The translations under genes were made by a program, and so were the position numbers. The notes beneath the pieces were generated by a model that made no database searches, was not told the origin of the DNA, and was given only the letters and a program-made list of their open reading frames with translations. A stretch of 57,908 nt of DNA from Actinomycetota bacterium. GTDB taxonomy: Bacteria; Actinomycetota; Aquicultoria; JACQXZ01. The stretch is from NCBI GenBank assembly GCA_016208465.1, contig JACQXZ010000031.1, positions 1 to 57,908 of the forward strand. Reading direction: 5' to 3'. Positions 17,985-28,001 of the stretch are shown piece after piece; positions within the stretch are counted from its first letter, which is position 1; each line of letters opens with the position of its first letter.

Positions 17985-19069
17985 ACTACAATCTTCTCCT
18001 TTAGCAATTTCATTACTTCGAAAGCAATGGTATCGAGCGGCAAGACTTCGTCAATAGCCCCTTTCTCTATCGCCACTTTAGGCATGCCAAAAATAACACA
18101 ACTTTCTTCGTCCTGAGCAATTGTTTTGCCTCCAAAATCTTTAATCATTTTTATCCCTTTTGAGCCATCGGAACCCATGCCTGTCAAAATAACCCCGATA
18201 GCGTTTGATTTAAAAACCTCCGCAACAGACGAAAAAAGAACGTCTGCGGAGGGAATTATTTTCGAATTGCACTCAGGCGAATCAAGTGTTACTTTAAATT
18301 CTCCTGTTATCCTTATATTAAAACTGTCCGGAGAAATCAAAACCACGCCCGGAGCTAACTTATCACCCTCTTTTGCCTCTCTTATTTCTATTAAACATTC
18401 ACCCCTAAGCCATTCTACAAAACCAGCGACAAATCCGCTTGCAATATGCTGAACAACAACAACCCCGGCTGATAAAGTAGGAGGAAAATTCTTTAAAATA
18501 TGCAAAAGAGCATTTGGTCCGCCTGTCGAAGCAGCGATAGCAATCAAACGATCCACCGGTTTTTTAATTTTTCTATCAGGCAAGACAAAGGTTTGCAACT
18601 GCTGCGTCTGAATAACCTTATCTGTTTTTTCCGTTAAAGGAATAGTTGTTTTTATTCCTGAAAGCACTTTTACTTTATCTATAAATGTTTTTGCTGTATT
18701 AGGTGTTTCAAACCATTCTTTAGCGCTAGGCTTCTGCATCACTTCCAAGGCGCCAGATGAAATTGCCTCAAAAATAATCTTTGTTCCTCCTCTTAAGTCT
18801 ATTCCGGTAATAACAATTATTGGCGTAGGATTGTTTGCCATTATTATTTTAATAGCTTCCAGCCCATCCATTACTGGCATTCTGATGTCCATCGTTATCA
18901 AATCTGGTCTTAATTTTTCCGTTAACTCTACTGCTTCTTTTCCGTTGCCAGCTATTCCTGTCACTTTTATTCTGGGATCGCTCTCTAAGATTCTTGTAAT
19001 AATCTCTCTCGCCAAAACAGAATCATCAACAACCAGAACTTTAATTTCCCCTTTAACCAATCTTTTCAA
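17981..19069 (-). CDS. cheB: chemotaxis methylesterase CheB (REC + CheB_methylest)
   Basis: It has an N-terminal receiver (VLVVDDS...ITMDIRMP) and an esterase domain (IAASTGGPNAL, VVQHIASGF, GMGSDG). The start is TTG with GGAG upstream, and there is a 4-nt overlap with cheR. Confidence 0.93.
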   Translation of the reverse strand: MKRLVKGEIKVLVVDDSVLAREIITRILESDPRIKVTGIAGNGKEAVELTEKLRPDLITMDIRMPVMDGLEAIKIIMANNPTPIIVITGIDLRGGTKIIFEAISSGALEVMQKPSAKEWFETPNTAKTFIDKVKVLSGIKTTIPLTEKTDKVIQTQQLQTFVLPDRKIKKPVDRLIAIAASTGGPNALLHILKNFPPTLSAGVVVVQHIASGFVAGFVEWLRGECLIEIREAKEGDKLAPGVVLISPDSFNIRITGEFKVTLDSPECNSKIIPSADVLFSSVAEVFKSNAIGVILTGMGSDGSKGIKMIKDFGGKTIAQDEESCVIFGMPKVAIEKGAIDEVLPLDTIAFEVMKLLKEKIVV

Positions 19070-19125
19070 CCTTTCTCCTTCTAGATTCTTCTTTGTTTAC
19101 CCACTGCCTTCACAAAACAGTCTGG

Positions 19126-20772
19126 TCAAAAAGCAACTGAGGCCAGTTCTTTTTTGCTTTCCTGATTGTCAGATGTATTCTCAATTACGTTAAAATTTCT
19201 TGCTTCTGACTCTAAGCCTTTTATGATTTTGTTTAAATCCTCCACGATGGCCATAATCTTTTCACTAGAGTCTGCAAAATGTTCTGCTGTCTCACTTATC
19301 TCCCGCATCCCGATAACCAGTTGTTCATTTGCAAGTTTTTGCTGAGAAGTTGACAACGAAGTCTGGTCATTAAGGGTTGCCAATCTTTTTAATTGTTCAA
19401 GGGTAGATTTAAAAATATCACCCGCTCTAAAAATTAAACCCATTCCTCTTTCTGTCGCTCTGGTTTCTTCTTCTATCACAACAACAGAGGCTCTTGTGGA
19501 AGCTTGAACATCGGCAATTATTTCCTTTATCTCAGAAGTTGATTCAATTACATTTTCTGCCAATTTCCTGATTTCTGAAGCAACTACCGCAAACCCCTTG
19601 CCGCCTTCACCTGCCCTAGCTGCTTCTATGGCTGCATTTAAGGCAAGTAAATTTGTTTTACTAGCAATCGAATCTATTATCTCAATCACCGAAGTAACTT
19701 GTTGGATTTTTTCTTCAAGCACAACTGCTCCCTTGGTAGACTCCTGATTTTTCGTCCGGATATTCTCAATCGCTTCAACTGCTTTCTCCATTGTTTTTTC
19801 CCCTTCTTCAATGTTGACCAGAGTGTCCTTAAATACACCTGATGCCCAAGAAATATTTTCTGCGATTTGCTTAGAGGTTACACTAAGTTCCTCTGTGGTT
19901 GTTGTGATCTGATTAACAGAAGCCGCCTGTTCGACTGAAGCTGATGCCTGTTGTTCGGAAAGAGAAAATAACAAAGAAGCAGATTTGCTCACTTCTTTAA
20001 CTGTTTCTTTGATTTTCCCAACAAGCAGCATAAGGTTTTCTGTCATTCTATTAAATGATTCAACTAATGGCTCAATTTCCTTTACTGAAAGAACGTCGAT
20101 TGATTGGGTCAAGTCTCCTTTGGCAACTCCCTTCGAGGCTGCCGAAAGCGCCTTAATTGGATTTTTAAGCGCGCGCGCAAGAGCAAACGAAAGAACACCG
20201 CTTAAAACCAAAGCAAACAAACCAATAACAAGATTGTCAACAAAGATAAAAATAAATTTTTGATTAATTCTGCCAAGAGTTTTTTCAATAGAATACCCTA
20301 TGCGAACCGTTCCCACTCTTGAATTATTATCATCTTTTATAGGAAAAGAAACATCTATCAATCTTTCTTTGTTAAGCAGTCTTTCCTGAAATAATTCGTG
20401 TCCTGAAGCAAGAGCCTTGTTGGTTAACCCGTCCCCTAAGTATTCACCTTTAAGCTGATCACTGCTATCTGAAACAACTTTTCCGTTCTCACTAAAAACT
20501 ATCCAGTATTTCACATCTTCTTTACCTAAAGCATTTTTTGCCAGACGATTAATTAAATAATAATTCTTATTTTTCAATCCCTCTATCAACAGATTAGCAA
20601 AAACGCTGGTCATTCCAACAAAATACTCTTTTTCTCTTTCCAAATCTATACTTCTGTTTCTGGGAATCATTATTGTTGATACCAGCAATGCCCAAACAGA
20701 TACTGTTGCTACTACAATTCCAAATATTTGCCACCCAAGACTAATTTTGTTTTTGATTCTCCTAATAAACAT
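19126..20772 (-). CDS. methyl-accepting chemotaxis protein (2 TM, ~150-aa periplasmic domain, HAMP)
   Basis: It carries the highly conserved signalling tip [32 protein letters not shown], a HAMP region, and two TM segments flanking an extracytoplasmic domain. Confidence 0.93.
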   Translation of the reverse strand: MFIRRIKNKISLGWQIFGIVVATVSVWALLVSTIMIPRNRSIDLEREKEYFVGMTSVFANLLIEGLKNKNYYLINRLAKNALGKEDVKYWIVFSENGKVVSDSSDQLKGEYLGDGLTNKALASGHELFQERLLNKERLIDVSFPIKDDNNSRVGTVRIGYSIEKTLGRINQKFIFIFVDNLVIGLFALVLSGVLSFALARALKNPIKALSAASKGVAKGDLTQSIDVLSVKEIEPLVESFNRMTENLMLLVGKIKETVKEVSKSASLLFSLSEQQASASVEQAASVNQITTTTEELSVTSKQIAENISWASGVFKDTLVNIEEGEKTMEKAVEAIENIRTKNQESTKGAVVLEEKIQQVTSVIEIIDSIASKTNLLALNAAIEAARAGEGGKGFAVVASEIRKLAENVIESTSEIKEIIADVQASTRASVVVIEEETRATERGMGLIFRAGDIFKSTLEQLKRLATLNDQTSLSTSQQKLANEQLVIGMREISETAEHFADSSEKIMAIVEDLNKIIKGLESEARNFNVIENTSDNQESKKELASVAF

Positions 20773-20832
20773 TTACAGGCTCCTTTTACTTACAAAACAA
20801 ACTCTGTGCCGTTTTTTCTGACTACTTAAACT

Positions 20833-21747
20833 CTACTTCTTATTATTATTCAAAACATTCATTTCTTCTTTTAAATAATTAAAATCTTCTTCTTTTGTTT
20901 CAATGAACCGATCGGCTCCAAATTTTTCTAAAACTGCTCCTCCTGGACCATCTAGCTTCATTTCAAGTAATATGTTTTTAATATTTTCAATCATTATTGG
21001 ATTAAAATCGCTCCTTGCCAAAATAGTTCTGTCAGGAAAATCCTTGCTTTCCATAAGCACAGTTGTTTCTTTGTTTATACGAAAATCCATGTCCGCAATT
21101 TTATAATAAACAGTGTTTTTTACTGCTCCTCCTTCTATTTCACTGCTTAAAACTTTATCTATAACCGCATCGTGTTTTCCTGCAAAAACAGTAAAACTAA
21201 AAAATTTATCAGGATCTTCGCCTAATTTTACTATTTCTGCGCGGGGATAAATATAACCTGCCGATGTTTCCTTATCAACGTAAGCAAAGCTATGATTTTT
21301 CATATCCTTTAAACTCTTAATCCCTGTATCTTTTCTGACAAAAATTACACCTCTATATGTGGATACTTTATTTTTTTCTGGCCGACAAATAGGAATCGCT
21401 CCAGTTTCGGCTATAGCATCATAAGCAGTAAGACTTCCTGTTATAACTAAATCAAGCTTTTTGTCCTTCAAAGACTTTGTCAACTCTTTATATTCATCCA
21501 GCAAAATTAATTCCACTGGAACATTTAGTTTATCAGAGAGATAATCCATCAATGGCTGGGTTTGCGAAATCAACAAAGAGGGACTTACGGACGGAACAAT
21601 CCCGATTTTCACACTTTTTGTCTTAATTGATTCCGTCTTTTCTTTCGGAGAATCCTCTTTCGATTCTTTATTAAACGCGCAACCAGCAAAACCTAATATC
21701 AAAACAACAGACAGAATAAGCAAAATAAAAATTTTTTTTAAAAACAT
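20833..21747 (-). CDS. PhnD-family (phosphonate-bd) periplasmic substrate-binding lipoprotein
   Basis: It has a lipobox LGFAGC. IGIVPSVSP...LDLVITGSLTAYDA...YRGVIFVRKD.GIKSLKDMK...FAYVDKETSAGYIYP is typical of the PhnD-like SBP fold (PF12974, from memory). No cognate ABC permease or ATPase is adjacent. Confidence 0.78.
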   Translation of the reverse strand: MFLKKIFILLILSVVLILGFAGCAFNKESKEDSPKEKTESIKTKSVKIGIVPSVSPSLLISQTQPLMDYLSDKLNVPVELILLDEYKELTKSLKDKKLDLVITGSLTAYDAIAETGAIPICRPEKNKVSTYRGVIFVRKDTGIKSLKDMKNHSFAYVDKETSAGYIYPRAEIVKLGEDPDKFFSFTVFAGKHDAVIDKVLSSEIEGGAVKNTVYYKIADMDFRINKETTVLMESKDFPDRTILARSDFNPIMIENIKNILLEMKLDGPGGAVLEKFGADRFIETKEEDFNYLKEEMNVLNNNKK

Positions 21748-21767
21748 CAGCGCACCCCTTTACACTA

Positions 21768-21837
21768 AAGTCACAGGTTGCAAGTCACACGCCACACGTT
21801 AAAAGTTTCTTCACTTGTGTCTTGTGACTTTGTGACT
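21768..21837 (+). repeat. GTCACAAG palindromic element (family R1), truncated copy
   Basis: AAAGTCACAGGTTGCAAGTCACAC...GTTAAAAGTTTCTTCACTTGTGTCTTGTGACTTTGTGAC lies between cheA and the SBP gene. Confidence 0.7.
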
Positions 21838-21901
21838 CATTTTCTAACCACACCGCTAACTGTTTGATCTATAAGCAACAATCCATATAGTATTCAATTA
21901 T

Positions 21902-24124
21902 TTAACCTGTCAAACGTTTAATTGTTTCGTGTAAGTCTGCCTGATTAAACGAGCTCTTTAAAATATACGCATCCGCTCCAACTTCAACTCCCCTTTTTAT
22001 ATCCTCTTCTTCTTCCCGCGAAGAGACTATTATTGCTGGAATATTTTTATAATTTTCTTCTTTTCTGATGTATTCAACCAACTGAAATCCATCCATTCGC
22101 GGCATCTGTATGTCTGTGATTATTAAGTCAAAAGAGCGTTCGGCCAATCTGGAAACAGCATCTATTCCGTCAGAGGCTGTTTCGACTTCGTAGCCCAGTG
22201 TTTGCAATATATCTTTTTCCAGCTCTCGCGTAATCGAAGAATCCTCGACAACAAGAACCAATTTCTTCCGTCCGATTTCTGAATCTTTAAATTGGGTCTT
22301 GAGTGTTTCTTTTTCTGTCTCCGTGGAAAAACAGGCTAATTTTATCAAATCAGGAATATGTAAAATAATTACTACTTCTCCTTTATCTAAAACCGTTGCT
22401 CCTGCAATATTTCCAATGTTTTTAAGGTAGCCGCCCAAAGTTTTCACAACAACACTTTGTTCACCGACTAATTCATCAACAATAAAACCAATTCTGCGGC
22501 CAGCCGAACTAACAATAACAGCGGAAGCTCTGCCCTCTTTAAAAACACCTTCTCCATCAACTCTGCTTACATTTAAAATATTAGCCAGATCAACAACCGG
22601 TATTATTGTTCCTCTTAAATCAATAGCGTCTTCTCCTTCTATCTTTCTTATATCATCTGCGTAAATACGAATAGTTTCTTCTATAGAAGATGTTGGTAAA
22701 GCAAAAATATCTTCTCCAACCTTGACCAAGAGAACCCTGATTATAGCAAGGGTAAGTGGTATCTTAAGGGTTACAGTTGTGCCTTTTCCTGAATCCGAAT
22801 ACAAATCAACTGTTCCTTTTAACTCCTCAATGTTTCTTTTAACAACATCCAAACCAACACCTCGGCCGGAAATATTCGTTATTTCCTCGCTTGTGCTAAA
22901 TCCCGGTCTGAATAATAAATTTACTAACTCCTGTCTGCTTGCAGAATTTATTTCTGAAGAGGTTATATGATTTTTTTTAATAGCAATTTCCTTTATTTTT
23001 TCTAAATCTACCCCCGCCCCATCATCTTTAATTTTAACAACAATACTTTCTCCTTCCTGGGTTGCTAAAAGATCAATTATACCCTCGGCTGGTTTACCTG
23101 TAGCCAGTCTTGTTTCGGGCGATTCAATGCCATGATCTACGGCATTCCTTACAAGATGCATTAAAGGGTCTCTGATTTCCTCTATCATTTTCTTATCTAA
23201 CTCAGTTTCAAGTCCTTCCATATTGAGCTTTATTTTTTTTTCTTGTTCTTTGGAAAGATCAAAAACCAAACGGGGAAATGTATTAAAAATAGTAGCAATA
23301 GGAAGCATTCTCGCATCCATTACCTCCTGTTGTAATCCGTTTATAATTAAATCTCTGTGACTGATTAATTCGCTCTGATCTCTCCATAGCTTATATGTGT
23401 CTGTTTTTAGTTGATTGCAAAGATTTTCCATAAACATTATTTTCGCGCCAAGCTCTTCTGCCCCGGAACCACTTTCGCCTATCTCGTCAATTATTTTCCT
23501 TTTTACCTGCTTAAAAACGCCCCATTGCTCTCTTGTCAAATTAACCAATTTTCTTAAAATCACTATGGCTCCGTGTGATCTTATCTGATCTATAACAATC
23601 TCACCAACCAGATTCATCAGTTTATCAAATTTGACCGCGTCAACCTTGATTGTTTCATCTGTCTTTTTAAAAGTTTTCGGAACTATTGTTAGAGTTGATT
23701 TTTCCGCTGCCTTTTTTTTTCCGCCAGCTTTTTCCAGAACATATATCTGTTCAAGGCTTTCACAAACTTTTTGAATATCTACACCGCTTTCCTGTTCTTC
23801 GCTTTGTGTTTCAACCAAAAGCAAAACTGAATCAAGACCAAAAAACAAAACTCTTAGCATCTTGTCGTTAAGTTTTAATTTTTTTTCTTTGATGCTAATA
23901 AAAACATCTTCAATCTTATGAACAATTTTACTAATATCAGCAAGCTCTACTATGCCTGCCGCCCCTTTTAGAGTGTGAGCCTCTCGTAAAATTTCATCTA
24001 AAACCTCAAAATCATCCGGATTAGCCTCCAGCGCCAAAAGCCCGCTGTTTAATTTTTCAATATGTTCTCTTGCTTCTTCTTTGAATTTGGAATAAAAAAT
24101 TTTCTTATCAATTGTTTTTGACAT
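21902..24124 (-). CDS. cheA: chemotaxis histidine kinase CheA with C-terminal receiver (CheA-REC hybrid)
   Basis: 740 aa comprising Hpt (HTLKGAAG), a dimerisation/HATPase region (DHGIE, DDGAGVD, GRGVGLD), a CheW-like domain and a terminal REC (LVVEDSS...IITDIQMP...DAYILK). Confidence 0.94.
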   Translation of the reverse strand: MSKTIDKKIFYSKFKEEAREHIEKLNSGLLALEANPDDFEVLDEILREAHTLKGAAGIVELADISKIVHKIEDVFISIKEKKLKLNDKMLRVLFFGLDSVLLLVETQSEEQESGVDIQKVCESLEQIYVLEKAGGKKKAAEKSTLTIVPKTFKKTDETIKVDAVKFDKLMNLVGEIVIDQIRSHGAIVILRKLVNLTREQWGVFKQVKRKIIDEIGESGSGAEELGAKIMFMENLCNQLKTDTYKLWRDQSELISHRDLIINGLQQEVMDARMLPIATIFNTFPRLVFDLSKEQEKKIKLNMEGLETELDKKMIEEIRDPLMHLVRNAVDHGIESPETRLATGKPAEGIIDLLATQEGESIVVKIKDDGAGVDLEKIKEIAIKKNHITSSEINSASRQELVNLLFRPGFSTSEEITNISGRGVGLDVVKRNIEELKGTVDLYSDSGKGTTVTLKIPLTLAIIRVLLVKVGEDIFALPTSSIEETIRIYADDIRKIEGEDAIDLRGTIIPVVDLANILNVSRVDGEGVFKEGRASAVIVSSAGRRIGFIVDELVGEQSVVVKTLGGYLKNIGNIAGATVLDKGEVVIILHIPDLIKLACFSTETEKETLKTQFKDSEIGRKKLVLVVEDSSITRELEKDILQTLGYEVETASDGIDAVSRLAERSFDLIITDIQMPRMDGFQLVEYIRKEENYKNIPAIIVSSREEEEDIKRGVEVGADAYILKSSFNQADLHETIKRLTG

Positions 24125-24363
24125 TTATAAAACCTTTCATTGATGCTTGTAAATAGATAACCTTAACCCGAACAAGCAATCAGAAATTCCAAACAACAAA
24201 TCCCAAAATTCAAATAAGCTCCAATTTACAAATCTCCAATGATCGAAACTCTTTGTTTGAAATTTTGAATTTTAGTCATTGGAATTTATTTGTAATTTGG
24301 TGCTTGTTGTTTGTCGTTTACTTCTTTGGACCAATTCAGTGCAAGATTGCATAAATCTACTTT

Positions 24364-24909
24364 TCATTGCTCCTTCAATATATTTTCCAAATTTAACATA
24401 GCAATCAGCTTGTCATTAAAAGAAACTTCTCCGTAGATATATTCGCTCTTAATTCTGTTAAGCGTAATAAGAGGGGGTTGAATCTCTTCAGGCTCTATCT
24501 GGATAATGTCGTTAACCGAATCTACAAGCAGTCCTGCCTCAATCTTGTTTGACTCAACAACAATAATTCGCGAATCATCCGTAATAATAGAACTTTTACC
24601 CAAGCCAAAGTACCTTCCAAGATCTATTATTGCCAAAACATTTCCGCGCAAATTAATAACACCTAAAACATAATCAGCCGCACCGGGAACCTTGGTTATC
24701 TTTTTTATTTCCAATATTTCTCTGATTTTTTTAAGATCTAAACCATAATGCTCGCCGTCTATTAAAAAATTAGCTATGGATATTTTTTCTCTTGCTTCTT
24801 CTACCTCAGCCCGAGATAGTTCCATGGCGCGTCTATGTAAAATTTCTCTTTCCTGCTCTTTTGTCAAAAAAATTGTTTCTTCGTTAGCCATTTTCCTGTC
24901 CCAATACAA
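24364..24909 (-). CDS. cheW: coupling protein CheW
   Basis: It has a CheW-like domain (FLIDGEHYGLDLKKIREI....VPGAADYVLGVINLRGNVLAIIDLGRYFGL). The start is uncertain: TTG at 24909 or ATG at 24891. Confidence 0.88.
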   Translation of the reverse strand: MYWDRKMANEETIFLTKEQEREILHRRAMELSRAEVEEAREKISIANFLIDGEHYGLDLKKIREILEIKKITKVPGAADYVLGVINLRGNVLAIIDLGRYFGLGKSSIITDDSRIIVVESNKIEAGLLVDSVNDIIQIEPEEIQPPLITLNRIKSEYIYGEVSFNDKLIAMLNLENILKEQ

Positions 24910-24932
24910 AAATCTCTATCTGCTGGATTATT

Positions 24933-26540
24933 TTAAATCTTATAAGAACCAACCATCTCTTCTAATTCTTTTGCAAATCTGCTTAGTTCCTCTGTGGAAG
25001 AAATAGCCTGAGAAGACATTGCCGCGCTCTGCTGTGCAATGCTTGAAATTTCCCTCATTGCGCTCACGGTCTGGTCGTTTGCTGACTGCTGTTGTCTTGT
25101 TGTAATCGAAATGCTTTCAGCCGATTCTGTGGTCTGCTCAATCATGTTAAGTATTTTCTGCAGTTCGTCTTCTATTTTCCGGCTTAACTCAGCGCCTTCC
25201 TCTGCACTTTTCACATTTTTCTCTGTTGACATCACCGCAACATTAGTCATCGCCTGAATTTCACTGATAATTCTTTCTATCTGTCTGGCAGACTCAACCA
25301 CGTGCTCTGCCAGCTTTCTGACTTCTTCTGCTACAACTCCAAACCCTTTTCCAAACTCTCCTGCTCTCGCGGCTTCAATTGCGGCATTCAAGGCAAGCAT
25401 GTTTGTCTGATCGGCTACATCGGTAATGATTTCCAACACAGACCCTATCTGCTGAGATTTTCGTCCCAAAACTAAAATCTTCTGAGCATTCAGCTCTGCT
25501 TCTTCTTTTATTTTAAAAACACTTCCTATAGCATCTCTGGTGGTATTCTGACCGTTACGAACGCTCTCGAGAGTGCTTTCAGCCACCCGCACCACTTTGC
25601 CGCTGTCTTCCGAGATTCGCCTCGAAGCAATTGCAAGTTCTTCGATGGTTGACGTAGCCTCAGTTATAGAAGCGGCTTGTTTTATCGCTCCATTTGCCTG
25701 CTGTTCAGATGAAGCTAAAATCTGAACTGATGATTCATTTAATAAATCAGCTCCTCTTTTTATGCGATCAATTAAATCCCGCAAACTCTTCACTGTTTTG
25801 TTAAATATTACTGCCAGCTCACCTATTTCATCATAGTTCTTTATCTCAATTTTCTGAATTAAGTCTCTTTCATTAATAATTTTATTGGCTGACTGAATTA
25901 TTCTTTTAACCGGCTCAGTTATTGCAATGTTTATTACAAATATTGTAATCATAAAAATAGGTGGAGCAAGAATTAAAATAAAGAAAATCATTCTCTTTAC
26001 AGTATCAAAAATAAAAGTGTAAATATGGCTCAAGGAATACAGCATCCTCACTGCTCCAACTACTTTTTTTGTCTCTGTTCCCGGAAAAACAGGGACAACA
26101 ACTTCGACAACTTCCCCAGCGCTGTCTTCGCTTAATTTTATTGTCTTTTTCCCTTCCTGTATCGCTAAAACAATTTCTTTTGTTTTAAGTTTTTGCCCTA
26201 TCAAATCATTGTTTGTAGCGCCTGTGACAAGATAAGATTTGTTAACAATACCAATATCTTTTAAGTCTGCATCTGTTTTCTGATACTCATCCACGATTCT
26301 GCTTAAACCAAAAATATCGTTTACATCAAACCCCACAGAGATATCCTTGCTCAAAAGCACAGCAAGATCATTTGCTGTGCTTTTGGTCTGAGCAAAAGAA
26401 ACTGTTCTTAAATGAAAAAGTATCGACACTCCAAAAACAACTGTTCCTATCATCATTATCAAGTACATTGGGCCCAGTATTTTTATCTTTATACTTACAT
26501 CTCTAAGCCGGGAAATCGTAGATTTCTTCAACAAAACCAC
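24933..26540 (-). CDS. methyl-accepting chemotaxis protein (2 TM, Cache/PDC-like periplasmic domain, HAMP)
   Basis: It carries the signalling tip [32 protein letters not shown] and two TM segments around a ~150-aa extracytoplasmic domain. The GTG start abuts the stop codon of the upstream lipoprotein gene. Confidence 0.93.
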   Translation of the reverse strand: MVLLKKSTISRLRDVSIKIKILGPMYLIMMIGTVVFGVSILFHLRTVSFAQTKSTANDLAVLLSKDISVGFDVNDIFGLSRIVDEYQKTDADLKDIGIVNKSYLVTGATNNDLIGQKLKTKEIVLAIQEGKKTIKLSEDSAGEVVEVVVPVFPGTETKKVVGAVRMLYSLSHIYTFIFDTVKRMIFFILILAPPIFMITIFVINIAITEPVKRIIQSANKIINERDLIQKIEIKNYDEIGELAVIFNKTVKSLRDLIDRIKRGADLLNESSVQILASSEQQANGAIKQAASITEATSTIEELAIASRRISEDSGKVVRVAESTLESVRNGQNTTRDAIGSVFKIKEEAELNAQKILVLGRKSQQIGSVLEIITDVADQTNMLALNAAIEAARAGEFGKGFGVVAEEVRKLAEHVVESARQIERIISEIQAMTNVAVMSTEKNVKSAEEGAELSRKIEDELQKILNMIEQTTESAESISITTRQQQSANDQTVSAMREISSIAQQSAAMSSQAISSTEELSRFAKELEEMVGSYKI

Positions 26541-27050
26541 CTATTGTTCTTCAATCTTCTTTTTTATCTCCTCAACCGGAATTTCGTTTTCAAAACCATC
26601 TATTGCAGTTTCTTTTATCTTGTCTTTATCTTTTCCTTCACCAATCGCTTTCTGAAAGGCTCCAAGGACTTCTGCTATGTCGGACTGAGAAACATCCTTT
26701 GTTATTCCCTCGCTTGCAATATCATAAGCCTCCTGCAAATATATCTTCACAGCGCCTTTCTCTGCCGATTCATCTTCAAGTACATCTTCCATTTTTCTTG
26801 TTATCTTCTTTGCGGCTTTTAAATCGTCATTTAAAAGAATTGCAATGTTGTTTTCCAGTTTTGCAAGGTTTGTATCAATTTCTCTATGAGATTTTACTTC
26901 CCCGGAAACCTCAAGTGGAACCGGTTGGAGTTTTACTTTGACGCTCTCTTTTTTCTCTTCTTTCTTTTCTTCCACCGGTTTACCGCACCCAACCAAACTT
27001 CCTCCAATCAAAACCATTGAAACCAGAACAACAAAAATTCTTTTTCTCAT
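26541..27050 (-). CDS. lipoprotein of unknown function (helical, Lys/Glu-rich)
   Basis: The signal peptide with lipobox SLVGC is followed by a charged, helical-looking sequence. The gene is sandwiched with no spacer between cheW and an MCP gene. I recognise no family. Confidence 0.6.
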   Translation of the reverse strand: MRKRIFVVLVSMVLIGGSLVGCGKPVEEKKEEKKESVKVKLQPVPLEVSGEVKSHREIDTNLAKLENNIAILLNDDLKAAKKITRKMEDVLEDESAEKGAVKIYLQEAYDIASEGITKDVSQSDIAEVLGAFQKAIGEGKDKDKIKETAIDGFENEIPVEEIKKKIEEQ

Positions 27051-27093
27051 TTTCCCACCTCCTTACTTTAAATTAAAACCTTATAGTTTATTG

Positions 27094-27558
27094 TTACGAT
27101 AAACTCTGTAATAATTCCTTTTCTTCACGAGTAATAAGTTTGTCCATGTCGAGTATTAACAATAATTCATTTTCAAGCTTGCCGACTCCCCTCAAATAAT
27201 TTGAAAATGGAATCAGTTCTGTTGGTATCTCGATATTTTCTTCCCTTAGACCCAAAACCGAAGAAACAGAATCTACCACAATACCAATGATTTTATTTTG
27301 AATTTCTGTTATTACAATTGGTGTGCTAAGCGTATATTCTTTTTGAGGAAGCCCTAGGCGCTTTCTTAAATCAATAACAGGAATCACACTGCCGCGCAAA
27401 TTTATTATTCCTTCTATAAATTCAGGCATCTTGGGAAGATGGGTAATCTCTATCATTCTAACAATTTTATAAACCTTATTAACCGCTATTCCGTATTTTT
27501 CTTCTGCTAGAAAAAACTCTAATAAAAATAATTCCTGAACATCCGTGTCTGTTGTCAT
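27094..27558 (-). CDS. cheW: coupling protein CheW (second copy)
   Basis: It has a CheW-like domain (EKYGIAVNKVYKIVRM..ITHLPKMPEFIEGIINLRGSVIPVIDLRKRLGL). Confidence 0.88.
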   Translation of the reverse strand: MTTDTDVQELFLLEFFLAEEKYGIAVNKVYKIVRMIEITHLPKMPEFIEGIINLRGSVIPVIDLRKRLGLPQKEYTLSTPIVITEIQNKIIGIVVDSVSSVLGLREENIEIPTELIPFSNYLRGVGKLENELLLILDMDKLITREEKELLQSLS

Positions 27559-27751
27559 TTTTGTTTCCTTAAAAATGGTTGAGTTGGTTTTTATTGTCTT
27601 CTATTTTATTAGCGTTTTTCCTTCTTTCCTATGTTTGGTTTTAAAAAATTGTTTTCAACCCGGATTTCGCATTGGGTTTCGATGAGAAGTACGATCTGGA
27701 AGTTTCTAATCCCCAAACCCCTTCTGGTCTCGGGTTCTCATTTTTCCTTTC

Positions 27752-27800
27752 TTTACTTGTGTCTTGTGACCTGTGACTTATAACCTCTGTGTCTCACGTT
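27752..27800 (+). repeat. GTCACAAG-family fragment (right-arm half)
   Basis: TTTACTTGTGTCTTGTGACCTGTGACTTATAACCTCTGTGTCTCACGTT is the inverse of the 37661-37707 fragment. It lies between the cheW start and the tRNA-Gly 3' end. Confidence 0.6.
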
Positions 27801-27803
27801 AAT

Positions 27804-27879
27804 TGGAGCGGGCAACGGGACTCGAACCCGCGGCCTTCAGCTTGGGAAGCTGATGTTCTACCAACTAAACTATGCCCGC
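27804..27879 (-). tRNA. tRNA-Gly (anticodon CCC), CCA encoded
   Basis: The reverse complement GCGGGCATAGTTTAGTTGGTAGAACATCAGCTTCCCAAGCTGAAGGCCGCGGGTTCGAGTCCCGTTGCCCGCTCCA folds by hand as a cloverleaf. It has a 7-bp acceptor stem, D stem GTTT/GAAC, anticodon stem TCAGC/GCTGA with loop TTCCCAA, and T arm GCGGG-TTCGAGT-CCCGT. Confidence 0.92.
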
Positions 27880-27963
27880 AATCTAAAGTATGTCTTGATA
27901 AAGTTTAACAAAAACTTAATGCAAACAACAGAGAAAATTCAGACTTTAGACTATGGACCAAAC

Positions 27964-27993
27964 AAAAGCCTCTATTAACCAATAGAGGCTTTT
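27964..27993. terminator. bidirectional intrinsic terminator-like hairpin
   Basis: AAAAGCCTCTATT-AACC-AATAGAGGCTTTT is a perfect 13-bp stem with A/T runs on both sides. It lies downstream of the trk operon and small ORF, and upstream of tRNA-Gly. Confidence 0.55.
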
Positions 27994-28001
27994 GTTTGAT
28001 G

